64,000 bases of DNA from Mobula hypostoma (taxonomy: Eukaryota). Below the pieces are notes generated by a model. That model worked only from the letters and a program-made list of their open reading frames with translations. It did not search any database and was not told the DNA's origin. The translations under genes were made by a program, and so were the position numbers. Positions 1 to 11,799 of this stretch are shown here, piece by piece (position 1 is the stretch's first letter; each line of letters begins with the position of its first letter). The DNA lies in NCBI RefSeq assembly GCF_963921235.1, contig NC_086097.1:17050001-17114000 (forward strand), read 5' to 3'.

Positions 1-381
1 CACACACCGGGTTCCCGCTGATCGTACCTTTCCACCCTGTGCGTCTATGGCTTGGTTCCGCAACCAGCCTTCCAAAACGACTCCCGCCGACTTGCGGGGG
101 GGCACCGCTTCCAGGGTCTCGTTACCTCGTGGTGTCGTGTGTGTCCTGCCTTAGCGAACCTGTCCCTTTTTATTCCCCTGCTGGGGTATCGCCTGTCCAT
201 CACTTCAAACAGTTCAGGGTTCAAAGGGGGAGCCGCTCTAGATAGCTCTCTCTTCTGTCCCTTCATTACACATCTCCAAATGCTGCTCCATTGTCTTCCT
301 TATCTCTCTCTCTCCCGAAGACAGGTGGCAGACCAACGCTGATCACACAGGACAGCTAACATCTATGTGTATTCTGTCACA
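1..381 (-). mobile_element. LTR, partial (runs off window), inserted into a Gypsy pol remnant
   Basis: Ends ...ATTCTGTCACA at 381 (TGTGACA on minus). Gypsy RNase H sequence starts immediately after. Orientation is inferred. Confidence 0.55.
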
Positions 382-2125
382 ACACCACTTTCATTTTCTG
401 CTGGAGGGTTGCCATTTCACATTGTTTGTTGACCACAAACGCTTGGTGCATGCGGTGGCCAAAATATCAGACCCTTGGCCTGCACGGCAGCAGTGCCAAC
501 TAGCTTACGTATCAGAGTTCACAATGAACTCTGGGGAAAAATAATGCCATGAGGCCATGGTACGGCCAGCTATTGAGGCCATACACACAGGGGTTGACTA
601 TGCCGGCCTGGTGGCCAGCCAAGCTACTGACCCAAAGGCCCAGGCTTACCGAACAGCAGTCACGGGTCTGCAGTTGGCTGACATTAAGTTCATGGAAAGC
701 CAGGGTTTCTGTCTTGTGCGATTTCTCAGCTGGTCAGCCTCGCTCCATAGCGCCTGTCAACTGGAGGCAGACTGCTTTCGACTCCATATATGCCCTCTCA
801 CTTCTGGACCGGAAGGCCTCTGGTTGAACTGAAGTTTGTGTGGCAGGGTCTTAGAAAGAACGTGTGGGATTGGAGTGCAGCCTGTGTGAAATGCCAGCGG
901 GCAAAAATTAACTGTGATGTTCAGGTTCCATTGGCACCTTTGAGGTCCCTGAGTGATAGTCTGGATATGTCAATGTGGACCTTGATGGTCCTTTTCCCCC
1001 TCCTGCGGTTTCACGCACCTCCTTGCCATGGTAGACCATACCACCCGGTGGCCCGAGGTCATCCCTCTAGTATCAACGACAACACAGATGTGACTCAGGC
1101 ATTCGTCAGCACCTGAGTTGCTCAGTTTGGCACCCATCTGATATTTCCTCTGACCACAGTCCCAATTCATATCAGACCTCAGGGCTACAATGTCTCAGAA
1201 CCTCGGCATTAAGCTACATCACACCACAACGTATCACCTGCAGCCTAATGACCTGTGCAAGCAGTTTCAACGCTCCTTAAATACTGCTCTGAGGGCTTCC
1301 CTGAAGGATGAGTGTTGGCATAATCATCTCCCGTGGGCCCTGCTGGGGCTCAGAACAGCTCCAAAAGAGGATCTACAGTCGTCCCTGGTTGAGTTGGAAT
1401 ACGGGCAGCCATTACGAGTGCCAGGTAATTTTATTCCTGACATTGCGGCTGCCTGATCAGCCCCTCACCAGCGTTCCACCCTCCTCAGTAAATACAATTT
1501 CTTTGCACCGATTCCTACCTCCCATTATGGCGAGCAGCACTCTGGTTCCTGTTGACCTGCATTCCACCTCGTTTGTTTTTGTCCGCCATATTGCACAGCA
1601 ACATCCTTTAAGCCCCCTTATGCTCGCCCATTCCGTGTTATGGAATGGAGCGAAAAGACTTTTATTATGGATAAGAGGGGTAAACCTGAATGTATGGTAT
1701 TTTGGTAGATCACCTTAAACTGGCTCACCAAGATTTGGAGGATTCTGCTACCATGCTCCTGTCAACACAACTTGACCATGAGTGTGTCAACACACCTTGG
1801 CCGGAGGCCTCTGCTGTTCCTTCACCCATGGAACATAGATCCCAAACTGGCTGGCTTGTCTGAGTACCGGGCAGGCTCACAATACCTGTTTTCATGAATC
1901 CTGTCGGGGCCTGTGTAGGGTAATGTGATTGGTGGAAACATACATAATCATAACTACCATCACTAAGTTGGTGTCACTTTAAGAGGCTGGTCTGATGTGA
2001 TGATGTAACTATGTGAAGTTTGAATACCGCACTTTGTGTTCAGTATTTGAACTACAATAACTGAGTTGTTATGGTTTTTCTTAAACATAAAATGGCTCAC
2101 ATCATTTTATTTGTGAAAATCTACA
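382..2125 (+). mobile_element. Degenerate Ty3/Gypsy LTR retrotransposon: RNase H-integrase remnant plus 3' LTR (1914-2125)
   Basis: HFHFLLEGCHFTLFVDHKRL (RNase H); WSAACVKCQRAK (integrase zinc-binding); LGIKLHHTTTYHLQPN...PWALLGLRTAPKEDLQSS (integrase core). Many frameshifts and stops. LTR has TGTAG...CTACA inverted termini. Confidence 0.85.
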
Positions 2126-3247
2126 ATATAAAAGAAAATACCAAAAGCTTTTTCAGGTATATAAAGAGTAAAAGACATGCAAAAGTGGATATTGGACTGC
2201 TGGAAAATGACACTGGAGAGATAGTAATGAGGAACAAAGAAATAGTGGATGAACTTAATAAATATTTTGCATCTGCCTTTACTGTGGCAGACACCAGCAG
2301 TAGGCCAGAATTTCAAGTGTCAGGGGACAGAAGTGAGTGTAGTTCCTATTACTAATGAGAAGGTGCTTGGGAAGCTGAAAGATCTGAAGGTAGATAAGTC
2401 ACCTGGACCAGATGGACTAGACCCTAGGGTTCAAAAAGAGATAGTTGAAGAGATTGTGGAGGCATTAGTAATGATCTTTCAAAATTGACTAAATTCTGGA
2501 ATTATTCCAGATGATTGGAAAATTGCAAATGTTGCTCTACTCTTTAAGAAGGGAGAGAGGCAGAAGAAAGGAAGTTATTGTCCAGTTAGTCTGATTTCAG
2601 TGGTTGGGAAGATGTTGGAGTCCATTATTAAGGATGAGGTTTCAGGGTACTTGGAGGTACATGATAAAATAGGCCAATGGTTTCCTTAAGGGAAGATCTT
2701 GTCTGACAGATTGGTTGGAGGAAATAATAAGCAGGATAGACGAAGGAGAATCGATAGATGTTGTTTACTTGGATTTTCAGAAGGGCTTTGACAAGGTGCA
2801 GCCCATAAGGCTGCCTAGCAAGATAAGAACCCATGGTATTACAGGAAAGTTACAAGCATGATAGAGAGGCTGGTTGACTAGCAGAAGGCAAAGAATGGAA
2901 AAAAGGGAGCCTTTCTGGTGGGCCGCTGGTGACTAGTGGTGTTCCGCAAAAGTTAGTCAGTTTTGAGACTGCTTCTTTTTATGTTATATGTTAGTGATTT
3001 GGATGATTTCTTCAGCCAGAGGAAGCTGAATCTGTGGAATTTATTGCCACAAATAGCTGTGCAGGCCAAGTCATTGAGTGGAGGTTGACAGGTTCTTGAT
3101 TAGTCAGAGTGTCAAAAGTTATGGGGAGATGGTAAGAGAATGGGATTGAGAGGGATAATAAGTCAGCCATAGGGGAATGGTGGAGCAGATTCAATGAGCT
3201 GAATGATCTAATTTTGCTCTTATGTCTTATGATCTTATAGTCTTATG
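2126..3247 (+). mobile_element. CR1 LINE fragment (ORF2 RT region, internal deletion, 3' end)
   Basis: KENTKSFFRYIKSKR, LKVDKSPGPDGLDPRV, YLDFQKGFDKV motifs; (TCTTATG)-like 3' tail at ~3217-3247. Confidence 0.9.
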
Positions 3248-3455
3248 CTCTAAATAGAAATACACTCAACAGCAATTTTTTTTAGGTACAGTTGTACACC
3301 TGCTCAGTAATGCAAATATCTACTCAACCAATAACGTGGCAGCAACTCAATGCATAAAAGCATGCAGACAAGGTCAAGAGGTTTAGTTGTTGTTCTGACC
3401 AAATATCAGAATCGGGATGAAAAGTGCTCGAAGTGACTTTGACCATAGAATAATT

Positions 3456-3487
<32 letters not shown>
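3456..3487. repeat. (GATA)8 microsatellite (LINE tail)
   Basis: Read directly from the sequence. Confidence 0.95.
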
Positions 3488-3970
3488 TACTTTATTGATC
3501 CTGAAGGAAATTGGGTTTCGTTACAGCTGCACCAACCAAGAATAGAGCATAAATATAGCAATACAAAAACCACAAACAATCAAACAACAATATGCAAACT
3601 ATGCCAGATGGAAATAAGTCCAGGACCAGCCTATTGGCTCAGGGTGTCTGACCCTCCACGGGACGAGCTGCAAAGTTCGATGGCCATGGGCAGGAACAAC
3701 CTCCCATGACGCCCAGTGTTGTATCTCGGTGGAATATGGCCGGAGTCCAACAGCAAAAAGTTCAATATCCGGTCTACAAACACGTTCCTCGATCGTAATA
3801 TGACCAGGATTGCACCATCCGTTGTTAACCAGAACAGCAAACCCCCAACTCCTTTACGCTTACCGCTCTCAGTGTATTTCCGGTCAGCCTGAATGGTCTG
3901 CAAGGCCTCCATGGAAAAGTTTTGGTCGGGTGTGTCCTCGTGCAGCCCCGTTTCAGTAAAACACATAAAA
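3456..3970 (-). mobile_element. Internally deleted Rex1/Babar-type LINE with (TATC)n tail
   Basis: On minus, APE motifs MCFTETGLHED...QADRKYTESGKRKG are joined directly to C-terminal PPRYNTGRHGRLFLPMAIEL; then 3'UTR, AATAAA and the tail. Confidence 0.75.
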
Positions 3971-5005
3971 TTAAGTATCTCAGAAACTGCTGATCTCCTG
4001 GGATTTTCACGTACAATAGTCTCTAGAATTTTCAGAGAATGGTGCAAAAAAGCATCCAGTGAGCAGCAGTTTTGTGGGCAAAAAAGTTTTGTTAAAGTGA
4101 GAGGTTAGAGGAAAATGGCCAGACCAGTTCAAGCTGACAGGCAGGTGAAATTAACCACGTGTTATAAAATCGGTGTGCAGAAGAACATCTCTGAATGCGC
4201 AACATGTCGAGACTTAAAGTGGTTACAGCAGCAGAACACCACGAGCATACATTCAGTGGCCACTTTATTAGGTACAGGAGGTACCTAATGAAGTGTCCAC
4301 TGAGTGTATATTATGCAGACTAAGATCTCAATTTATTAGTTAATAATATTTCAGCATATTTTGGACAATTACACATAGTCAATGTCTGTCACATAATAAT
4401 AAATCCATATACATAGCGTAACATTTTCCATCAGGGAAATACAAATGCTCGTGTGCTGACAACATTGGTTGAGTTATTTATCCAATTATAACCCTGGCAA
4501 AGTGTCCCAGACAACGAAGTTATTGTGAAAATCTCAAGACACTATGCTAACACTCATGCCTGTGTCACAGGTTTTGTTTAATTTTTAAAGCAATTGTGGC
4601 ATTAAAGTGTTACAATTTTTTAAAAAACTTTCCGGTAAAACAGTTCTGCTAATTAAAACAGTCGTCTCAAAAATTAGTCATAAATCTCTTTTACTGGATT
4701 GAAAAGTGCAACGTTTATAATGTTGGCATAGAAAAAGCATTAACATTTCTCAATTAATTCCAGTAAAGTAGATATTTCTGATTAACGGATTAAAAATTTT
4801 ACTCTGTGTACTTGGTAACTTAGTACAAAGCTATTTGCTACACAGTTGGACTCCACTTAAATATGTCCTGACATGTATCATGTTTCTGTTTATAAGAGGC
4901 CTTGATACTGATGTCTGGTTTTAAAAAGGGTCTCAACAAAATCCATTTTTAATGGAGATTCTAATGGTGTGACTCACTGGTCATTAGGGTCCAAGTAGTG
5001 AAACA

Positions 5006-5896
5006 TCTTCCTTAAAGGGGGAATAGACCGTGTCATTTCATTTTCACAGACATACTAATAATCAGACTCGTCATTGAATGAGAGCCTGAATAGGAAGATT
5101 CTTTCTTCAATGCTGAAACACTTTGAAATTATTTCTTTTACGAATTCCCATATTAGAAACACCAACTTAAATAAAATCAGAATGATGATGGAAACTGGAT
5201 GCATTCTTCCTTTAAAAGAAAGACTAATGGTGAAACTCTGCCAATGCAATTTTAATTCATTCATTGGTAATGACTACTTTGTAGCAGTTCTTTGAGAAAT
5301 GTTTATAACTTTTTGTACAAACATTATAAAATTTGTACTTTTCAATCCAACCACTGAAATTTATGACAAACTTCTCTGATCATGGTCTTAATTAAGTGAC
5401 CTTCTGTGTGGCTGTAAAGTTGTAAAAATGTAACACATTAATGGCACAATAAATTTTATTTTTTCAAGCAGATTCCTCAGTTTCAGTGCTTCTGCTTCTT
5501 GTATGATTTATGCACTGTGTATATATTGTCCATCCAAGTGTCACCGTATGGTAAACTACTTATTTCCGCAGACCACTAGGAAAAGGGTGATTACTCTAAG
5601 TTGGAAGAAATAGGGAGCAATTCAAATGACTTCTTTCTCAGGCAACTCTCTTACCTGTTTAATGGTGACTGGTGACTGAAGTTTGGTCTTGATATGGATT
5701 TGTAGGAACAAAGGAGATTGTTATGTCTGTGCTGGCTTTAGGTTAGAGTACTCTGAATGGACCCACCTCCCTGCTATTGTTTCTTCACAGCCTTTCAAGA
5801 TTTTTATTGCCTATTTTTATTTCTTCCTTAAAGGGGGAACAGACCGCATCATTTCATTTTCACAGACGTACTAATAATCAGACTCGTAATTGAATG
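5006..5896 (+). repeat. 75-bp dispersed direct repeat (5006-5080 and 5822-5896)
   Basis: TCTTCCTTAAAGGGGGAA...AATCAGACTCGT.ATTGAATG; 70/75 identical by manual alignment. Confidence 0.9.
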
Positions 5897-6888
5897 TTTA
5901 TCCATTTCCCTTTTGAACACAACTGACTGTGGTAACACCAGTTCTTATCACTCGTCATATAAAACAAAGCTTTTCGTCGTGTCACTTTTGGTTCTTCAGC
6001 CAGTCATCTTCCTTCTGGGATTCTCTGTCATTGACTCACCAAAGGGAATTGTTCTTACCTACTCTGTCTGTCCTCACCCTGAATTTTTTTTGGTGCTCCT
6101 CTCACGTCCCTATGCAATCTTCTCTGTTCCACGAAACCTCTGCATCTCCAATTTACCTACCCTCATTCCAGGAATTTTCCTGTTCACGATTTATCAATCT
6201 GCAACATGTACCTGCATGGCACACACAATTTCTTAATTCACAGCAGGAGCAAGACAGCTGACAAAGGAGGAAATATTTCCAACCTTCTGATTCATTGTTT
6301 ATTGAAATAACTGTGCTTGTCAGTGACATTAAAAGTGAAGCAAGGAATGGGAATTTCATCCCAGATGAGGCTATTGAGTCAGTTCATCTGTATTTCATTC
6401 ACTAATTCACCGTAATGACAACAGTAATGAACATTAAAACCTTGTCTGGCTCTGGAAGGCAATGTTGCACGTGGATTGAGCTTGAACTTTTCATTTGTTT
6501 AAATATTCGTTTCATTCTGGGAGAGGTTTGTTCTTTTTTTGGGATTTTGACAAAACAGGTACTTTTAATTATCTGAAGGAAAACATTTGCAATATATTTT
6601 AAGTTTCTGTGAAGTGTAACTAAATTTAAATTGCTAAAAATGTCCTGTGCGCATTCATAATCACAGTAAATTATGAAAAGTTTGTCACTGTTCTGCCAGG
6701 GCAGCTATAGATCACTAATTGTGACAAACCAATAAATAGACATGAATTAGTGGTGGAAGTAGGCCACTCAGTCCATCGCAATTATTCTGTTTATAAAGGA
6801 TATTATGTCTAGTCCCCATTTCCATCTACCTTTTCTAATTTGTTCATCAACAATCAAGCTAGCTCTGACTTAAAAATATTCAGGGACT

Positions 6889-7490
6889 CATAGAAACATA
6901 GAAACATAGAAAACCTACAACACACTACAGGAACAATGCTGTGCCAAATATGTACTTACTTTAGAAATTACCTAGGGTTACCCATAGCCCTCTAGTTTTC
7001 TAAGCTCCATGTACCTATCCAGGAGTTTCTTAAAAGACCCTATCGTATCCACCTCCACCACCGTTGCTGGCAGCCCATTCCACACACTCATCATTCTGTG
7101 TAAAAAACTTACCCCTGACATCTCCTCTGTACCTGCTTCTAAGCACCTTAAAACTGTGCCCTCTCGTGTTAGCCATTTCAGCCCTGGGAAAAAGCCTGTG
7201 ACTATCCACACGATCAATGCCTCTCATCATCTTATACACCTCATACACCTCTATTAGGTCACCTCTCAACCTACGTCTCTCCAAGGAGAAAAGGCAGCGT
7301 TCACTCAACCTATTCTCATAATGCATGCTCCCCAATCCAGGCAACATCCTTGTAAATCTCCTCCGCACCCTTTCTATGGTTTCCACATCCTTCCTGTAGT
7401 GAGGTGACCAGGACTGAGCACAGTACTCCAAGTGGGATCTGACCATGTTCCTATATAGCTGTAACATTACCTCTCGGCTCTTGAACTCAT
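6889..7490 (-). mobile_element. CR1 LINE 3' fragment (same subfamily as 46.5-52.8 kb copy)
   Basis: ORF 7030-7521: LQLYRNMVRSHLEYCAQSWSPHYRKDVETIERV...LFSLERRRLRGDLIEVY; (CATAGAAA)n tail. Confidence 0.92.
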
Positions 7491-7689
7491 CTTCCTCCAT
7501 CTTTGAAAAAGATTCTTCCAAATGTTCACAGCATTCTTAGAGAAAATACTTTATCTCATCTTTTCCTTTAATAGTCAATCACTTGGTTTTTAAACCGTGA
7601 ACCTTGGTCCTGATTCTCCCACAGTGAGGAACATTTCTCTGCATCCACCCTGTCAACTCCTCATGGATCCTTTGTACAGTGCCTATTTT

Positions 7690-8200
7690 TAGAAGAATAA
7701 GGGGGGATTTCATTGAAACCTATTGAATACTGAGAGCCTAGAGCAAGTGGACATGGAGAGGATGTGTCCTATGGTGCAATCTAGGACCAGATGGCACAGC
7801 CTCAAAATAGTGGGACATCCCTTTGGAACAGAGATGAAGAGGAATTTCTTTAGCTAGAGGCTGGTAAACCTGTGAAGTTCATTGCCACAGACCAAGTCAT
7901 TGGGTACACTTAAAGTTGGAGGTTGATAGGTTCTTCATCAATCCTGATGAAGGGTCTTGGCCCTTACACATTTATACACATTCATAGATATTGCCCGACC
8001 TGCTGAGCTCCTCCAGCACATTGTGTGTATTGCTCTAGCTTTCCAGTATCTGCAGTACGTCTTGTGTCTATGATAGGTCAAAGGTTATGGGGAGAAGGCA
8101 GGAGATTGGGGTTGAGAGGGATAATGATGGAATGATGAAGCAGACTCGATGGGCCCGAATAGCCTAATTATGCTCCTATGTCTTATGGTGTTAATGTCTT
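7690..8200 (+). mobile_element. CR1 3' fragment carrying a Penelope-terminus fragment (~7940-8070)
   Basis: AGAAGAATAAGGGGGGATTTCATTGAAAC...TCTTATGG is CR1 3' sequence; inner CCTGATGAAGGGTC...CCTCCAGCA. Confidence 0.75.
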
Positions 8201-8589
8201 TATAATCTTTATCTAGAGTTACTCTCCTCTGTTTTTGAAGTGTTGTTTATAATGGTTACAGAAAAACAGAAACTTTCTCACACATTCACCTTGTCAAGAC
8301 CTTTCAAGATTTCTATGCACGAGTTGAAGGACAAGTTCAACACTCTAAAACCACAGAATAGGGTACCAAGTGTGTTTTCAGTTAAAACCAAAGGATTCAA
8401 ATCTTAGACATACAGTATATGTACTATCTTAGTGATGTTTTCAGACAATGGCTTAGATTCTGTGGTCAGTGGTAAAAGCCCACAAGCCGTCTAAACATTC
8501 TGTGGGCTCTTGATTGATAATTTCCAGTTCTCAGGGAGCTGTAATAATGCACAATCTGGAGGAACTTACGAGAATCTTCTCTTGGAAGG

Positions 8590-8965
8590 AATCAAAGACC
8601 CAAAAGAAGACTCGATTTTAGACAGCTGGGTCACATGAGAAGATCCTACTCTAAGGAATTCTGGATCTAGGAACACATTGCACTATGTAGTATGTGGAAC
8701 CTTTGAGAAAGAGATCCCATGACAGGGGATCTGAACTTTACAGGAAGTAGGTCTCAGCAGGGAGGATCTACGACCTAGGAGAAGAAGTTCCCACTGTCGT
8801 GGATCTAGGACCTATGCTAAGGTCTGACTCAGGGTATCTGGGTGCTATGTGAAGTAGACCCCATTGCACGAAGTCGAGGACCTATGAGAATAAGATCCGA
8901 CCACTGGGATATGTGATCTTTGGGAAGCTTGGAAACTAAGGGCTCTGAGGCCCACGTGAAGATCA
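8590..8965. repeat. Degenerate minisatellite, ~33-37 bp unit
   Basis: GGATCT at 8727, 8764 and 8801 (period 37); weaker units at 8834, 8871, 8907, 8941. Consensus approx. GGATCTRGGACCTATGAGAAGTAGATCCCACTG. Confidence 0.7.
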
Positions 8966-9209
8966 CATTAACTGGTTTTGTTCAAAACCAGAGCATGGCA
9001 TGGAATAAAGTACTGTTGTGAAAATATTATAGGCTGTATCCCAGCTGAGGTAAATTGTTTGCCCATTCCTTGAGGCGCATCTATTTGTAAGGATTGATCA
9101 GGATGCTGGCAGGGTGTTTAGCACAGGGTCAGAGCAAATCATAATGTGACGCCATGTAGCTAATCTTTAATCTACTTTTAAGCCACTTTATTAGCTGTTT
9201 TTCCTCAAA

Positions 9210-10600
9210 GATCAATCCTCAACAAGGGCCTGACCTGGGTATTCACAGACCTCGTGGGAAGTGAGAGTAAACAAAGTATAGAGGCTCTTGCAGGGATCTT
9301 TGCTTCACCTCTGGCCACAGAGGATGTTCTGAAGGACTGGAGAGTGGCTAACATGGCAGCATTGTTTAAAAAGAGCAGTAAAGACAAGCCAGAGTACGAC
9401 AAACTAGTGAGTCTGAGTGGTGGGTAAATTGCTAGGGGGAATGCTGAGCAAGGGGATCTACCAACATTTAGTGAGACAGGGCCTGATTCCACACAGGCAG
9501 GATGGCTTTATGTGTGGCAAGTTGTCTTTGGCAAATCTTTTGAAGTTCTTCAAGGAGGTAACCAAAAGTGTAGATGAAAATAGGGCAGAGGAAGCTGTCT
9601 GTGTGAAATATGGCAAAATCCCCCATGGCACGCTCGCCTGGAAGGTTAGATTATATGTATGGGATCCAGGGGTATAGCTGATTGGACTCATAATAGGCTC
9701 TGTGATAGAAAGCAAAAGGTGATGCTCAGAGGTTATTTCTTAGACTGGAGGCTTGCAATTAGTAGTGTGATTTATATGAATGATTTGAATGTAAAAGTAC
9801 AATGCATGTATCTAAGTTTGTAGATGATACTGAAATAGCTGGTGCTCTGGACACTGTAGAATGATATGAAAAATCACCGGCAGGATCTAGATCAGCTAGA
9901 TATGTGGGATGATATTTGGCAAATGGCTTTAAATCCAGATAAATGCGAGGGTGTTAGGTTTTGGGAGATTAAATCAGGGTAGGGCTTATACCCTGAATGG
10001 TAGATCCTTAATGGAACAGAGGGACCTGAGAGTACAAGTGCATAGTTTGCTGAGAGCATCTTTAGAGATTGGGTGGTGAAGAAGTTGTTTGGCATGCTTC
10101 CCTTCATCACTTACGTTACTGAGTATAGGAATTGGAACCTATGTTGCAGTTACATAACGTGTTGGGGAGTATTGTGAATAGTTTTGGTCTTATAGGAAGG
10201 ATGTTATTAAACTAGAAAGGTTACCAAAAACACTTATCAAGACACTGCCTGGACTTGGGGATCTGAATTACAGGAAGGTATTTTACAGACTAACATATCT
10301 TGCCTCATGGGGGATGTGCTAAAAAGAAGAGGTACAGATTTAAGGTTGGAGGCGAGAGATTCAAAAGCGACATTAGGGGATGGCTTCTTTATGCAAAGAG
10401 TGGTGCATATTTGGAACGAGCTGCCAGAAATACTGGCTAAGCCAAGCACATTAGCAACATTTAAAAGCCATCTAGATAAGAACAAGAATAGGAGAAGTTT
10501 TGAGCATTAGTGTCCAAACGTAGGCAGATGGGACCAGCTCACTGGACAACTCAATAATCTTGGACAAACTGCGCTGAAGGCACAGTGTCCATGTTGTAAA
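9210..10600 (+). mobile_element. Old degenerate CR1 LINE (RT to 3' end)
   Basis: LANLLKFFKEVTKSVDENRA, KFVDDT-like, FFMQRVVHIWNELP motifs. Confidence 0.85.
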
Positions 10601-11799
10601 ACTTCCATGTGTTATCACATTCAGTATCCTGTTGGTTCAATTCATCTGGCTGTTCAATATATATTCTTCAGAATGACAACACAACATCAGATGCAATAGG
10701 GTGTATGTGAACCCAAACTGCTGATGTAGGCTACGAAAGTACTTCTCACAAATAAAGCCAGATTCACTTGATGCCCGATCCCGACTAGGACTGTAGATTG
10801 GTCAGTTTTGGTTAAGTTCCTTCGATAGCTGATAAAAAAAATGGAGAAAAATCATTTCTTCAGTTGTAATGACCTTGCCTGCTTCAGAAAGTGCTATGAT
10901 TGCCTTGAAGGCTGGCAACAGACGATAGAAATTTCTCCTCAGCTCCCTGGAGAGGCGTAGTCTCCTCATGCAGTTTAGTTTTGTGTTGTTTACTTTAAGC
11001 CAAGCCCATGAACTTGGCTTGGAGAGGTAAGGCTGGGTGTGACTTAATCTCGCCTCCATGTGCTGCATCCTAAGCAACAATCAAGCTTTATTCCATTTTC
11101 TTCCAATATAAACCCAATACAGCGGTATTCCCAGAGGCTCCATAACGCAAGGGATAAGACTCTCGCTATCTTGGATCCAAAAAAAATTGCAGCTGAAAAC
11201 CTCTTCAGACACAGAAGGTTGTAATTATTAAAAATCTGTAAATTACTGTAATAAAAGAAAAGCCACAAAAGCCAGCAGGCTCTTCAAAAACTATTTTTAT
11301 AAAATTCTGTTCCCTGGTTCAGTAGAAGGAAAAAAAAGATCAAAGTTGAAGAGTGCTTTATAAGCACAAGTTTTCAATGTTCACAGGGCACCTCAAAGTT
11401 CTTTACAGACAGGGAGTACCTTGTACTGTTGTAAAGAAGGAGTTAGTATCACACATTTGTATGTAGAAACAGGAAGCCGTGATACATACACACATGTAGG
11501 AACATGCGTCTATATGGACACTCTGAAGTGTTAATGTTAAGTGTATTCACAAGGCTGCTACATGGACTGGATAGGACTTGCATGCACACCACAATATTGC
11601 CAGGAAAAGAAAGCCAGACTCAGTAATGGTAACCACAAGATGACTGGATTATTGTAAACATCTATCTACTAACTTCATATCCTACAGGGAAAGAAATCTA
11701 CTGTCCTTTCCCATTCTGTCTTACATGTGACTCCAGACCACCAATATGGTGGCCTCACGACTGCCTTAACAGTTCAGGAGCAAATAGGGATGGAATACA

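Larger units (their letters stand above)
3263..4306 (+). mobile_element. Non-autonomous Tc1/mariner element, interrupted by a LINE
   Basis: TA-CACTCA...TTAGGTAC left end and GTACCTAAT...TGAGTG-TA right end. Transposase HTH remnant SISETADLLGFSRTIVSRIFREW at ~3975-4045. Confidence 0.8.

Noticed and set aside
5913..6261. Overlapping ~110-aa ORFs as a host exon
   Set aside because: No recognisable protein or consistent splice sites; faint resemblance to a decayed Penelope segment (IVLTY..PGIF) is too weak to call.
8590..8965. CRISPR-like periodicity
   Set aside because: No conserved repeat with unique spacers, no cas genes, eukaryotic context.
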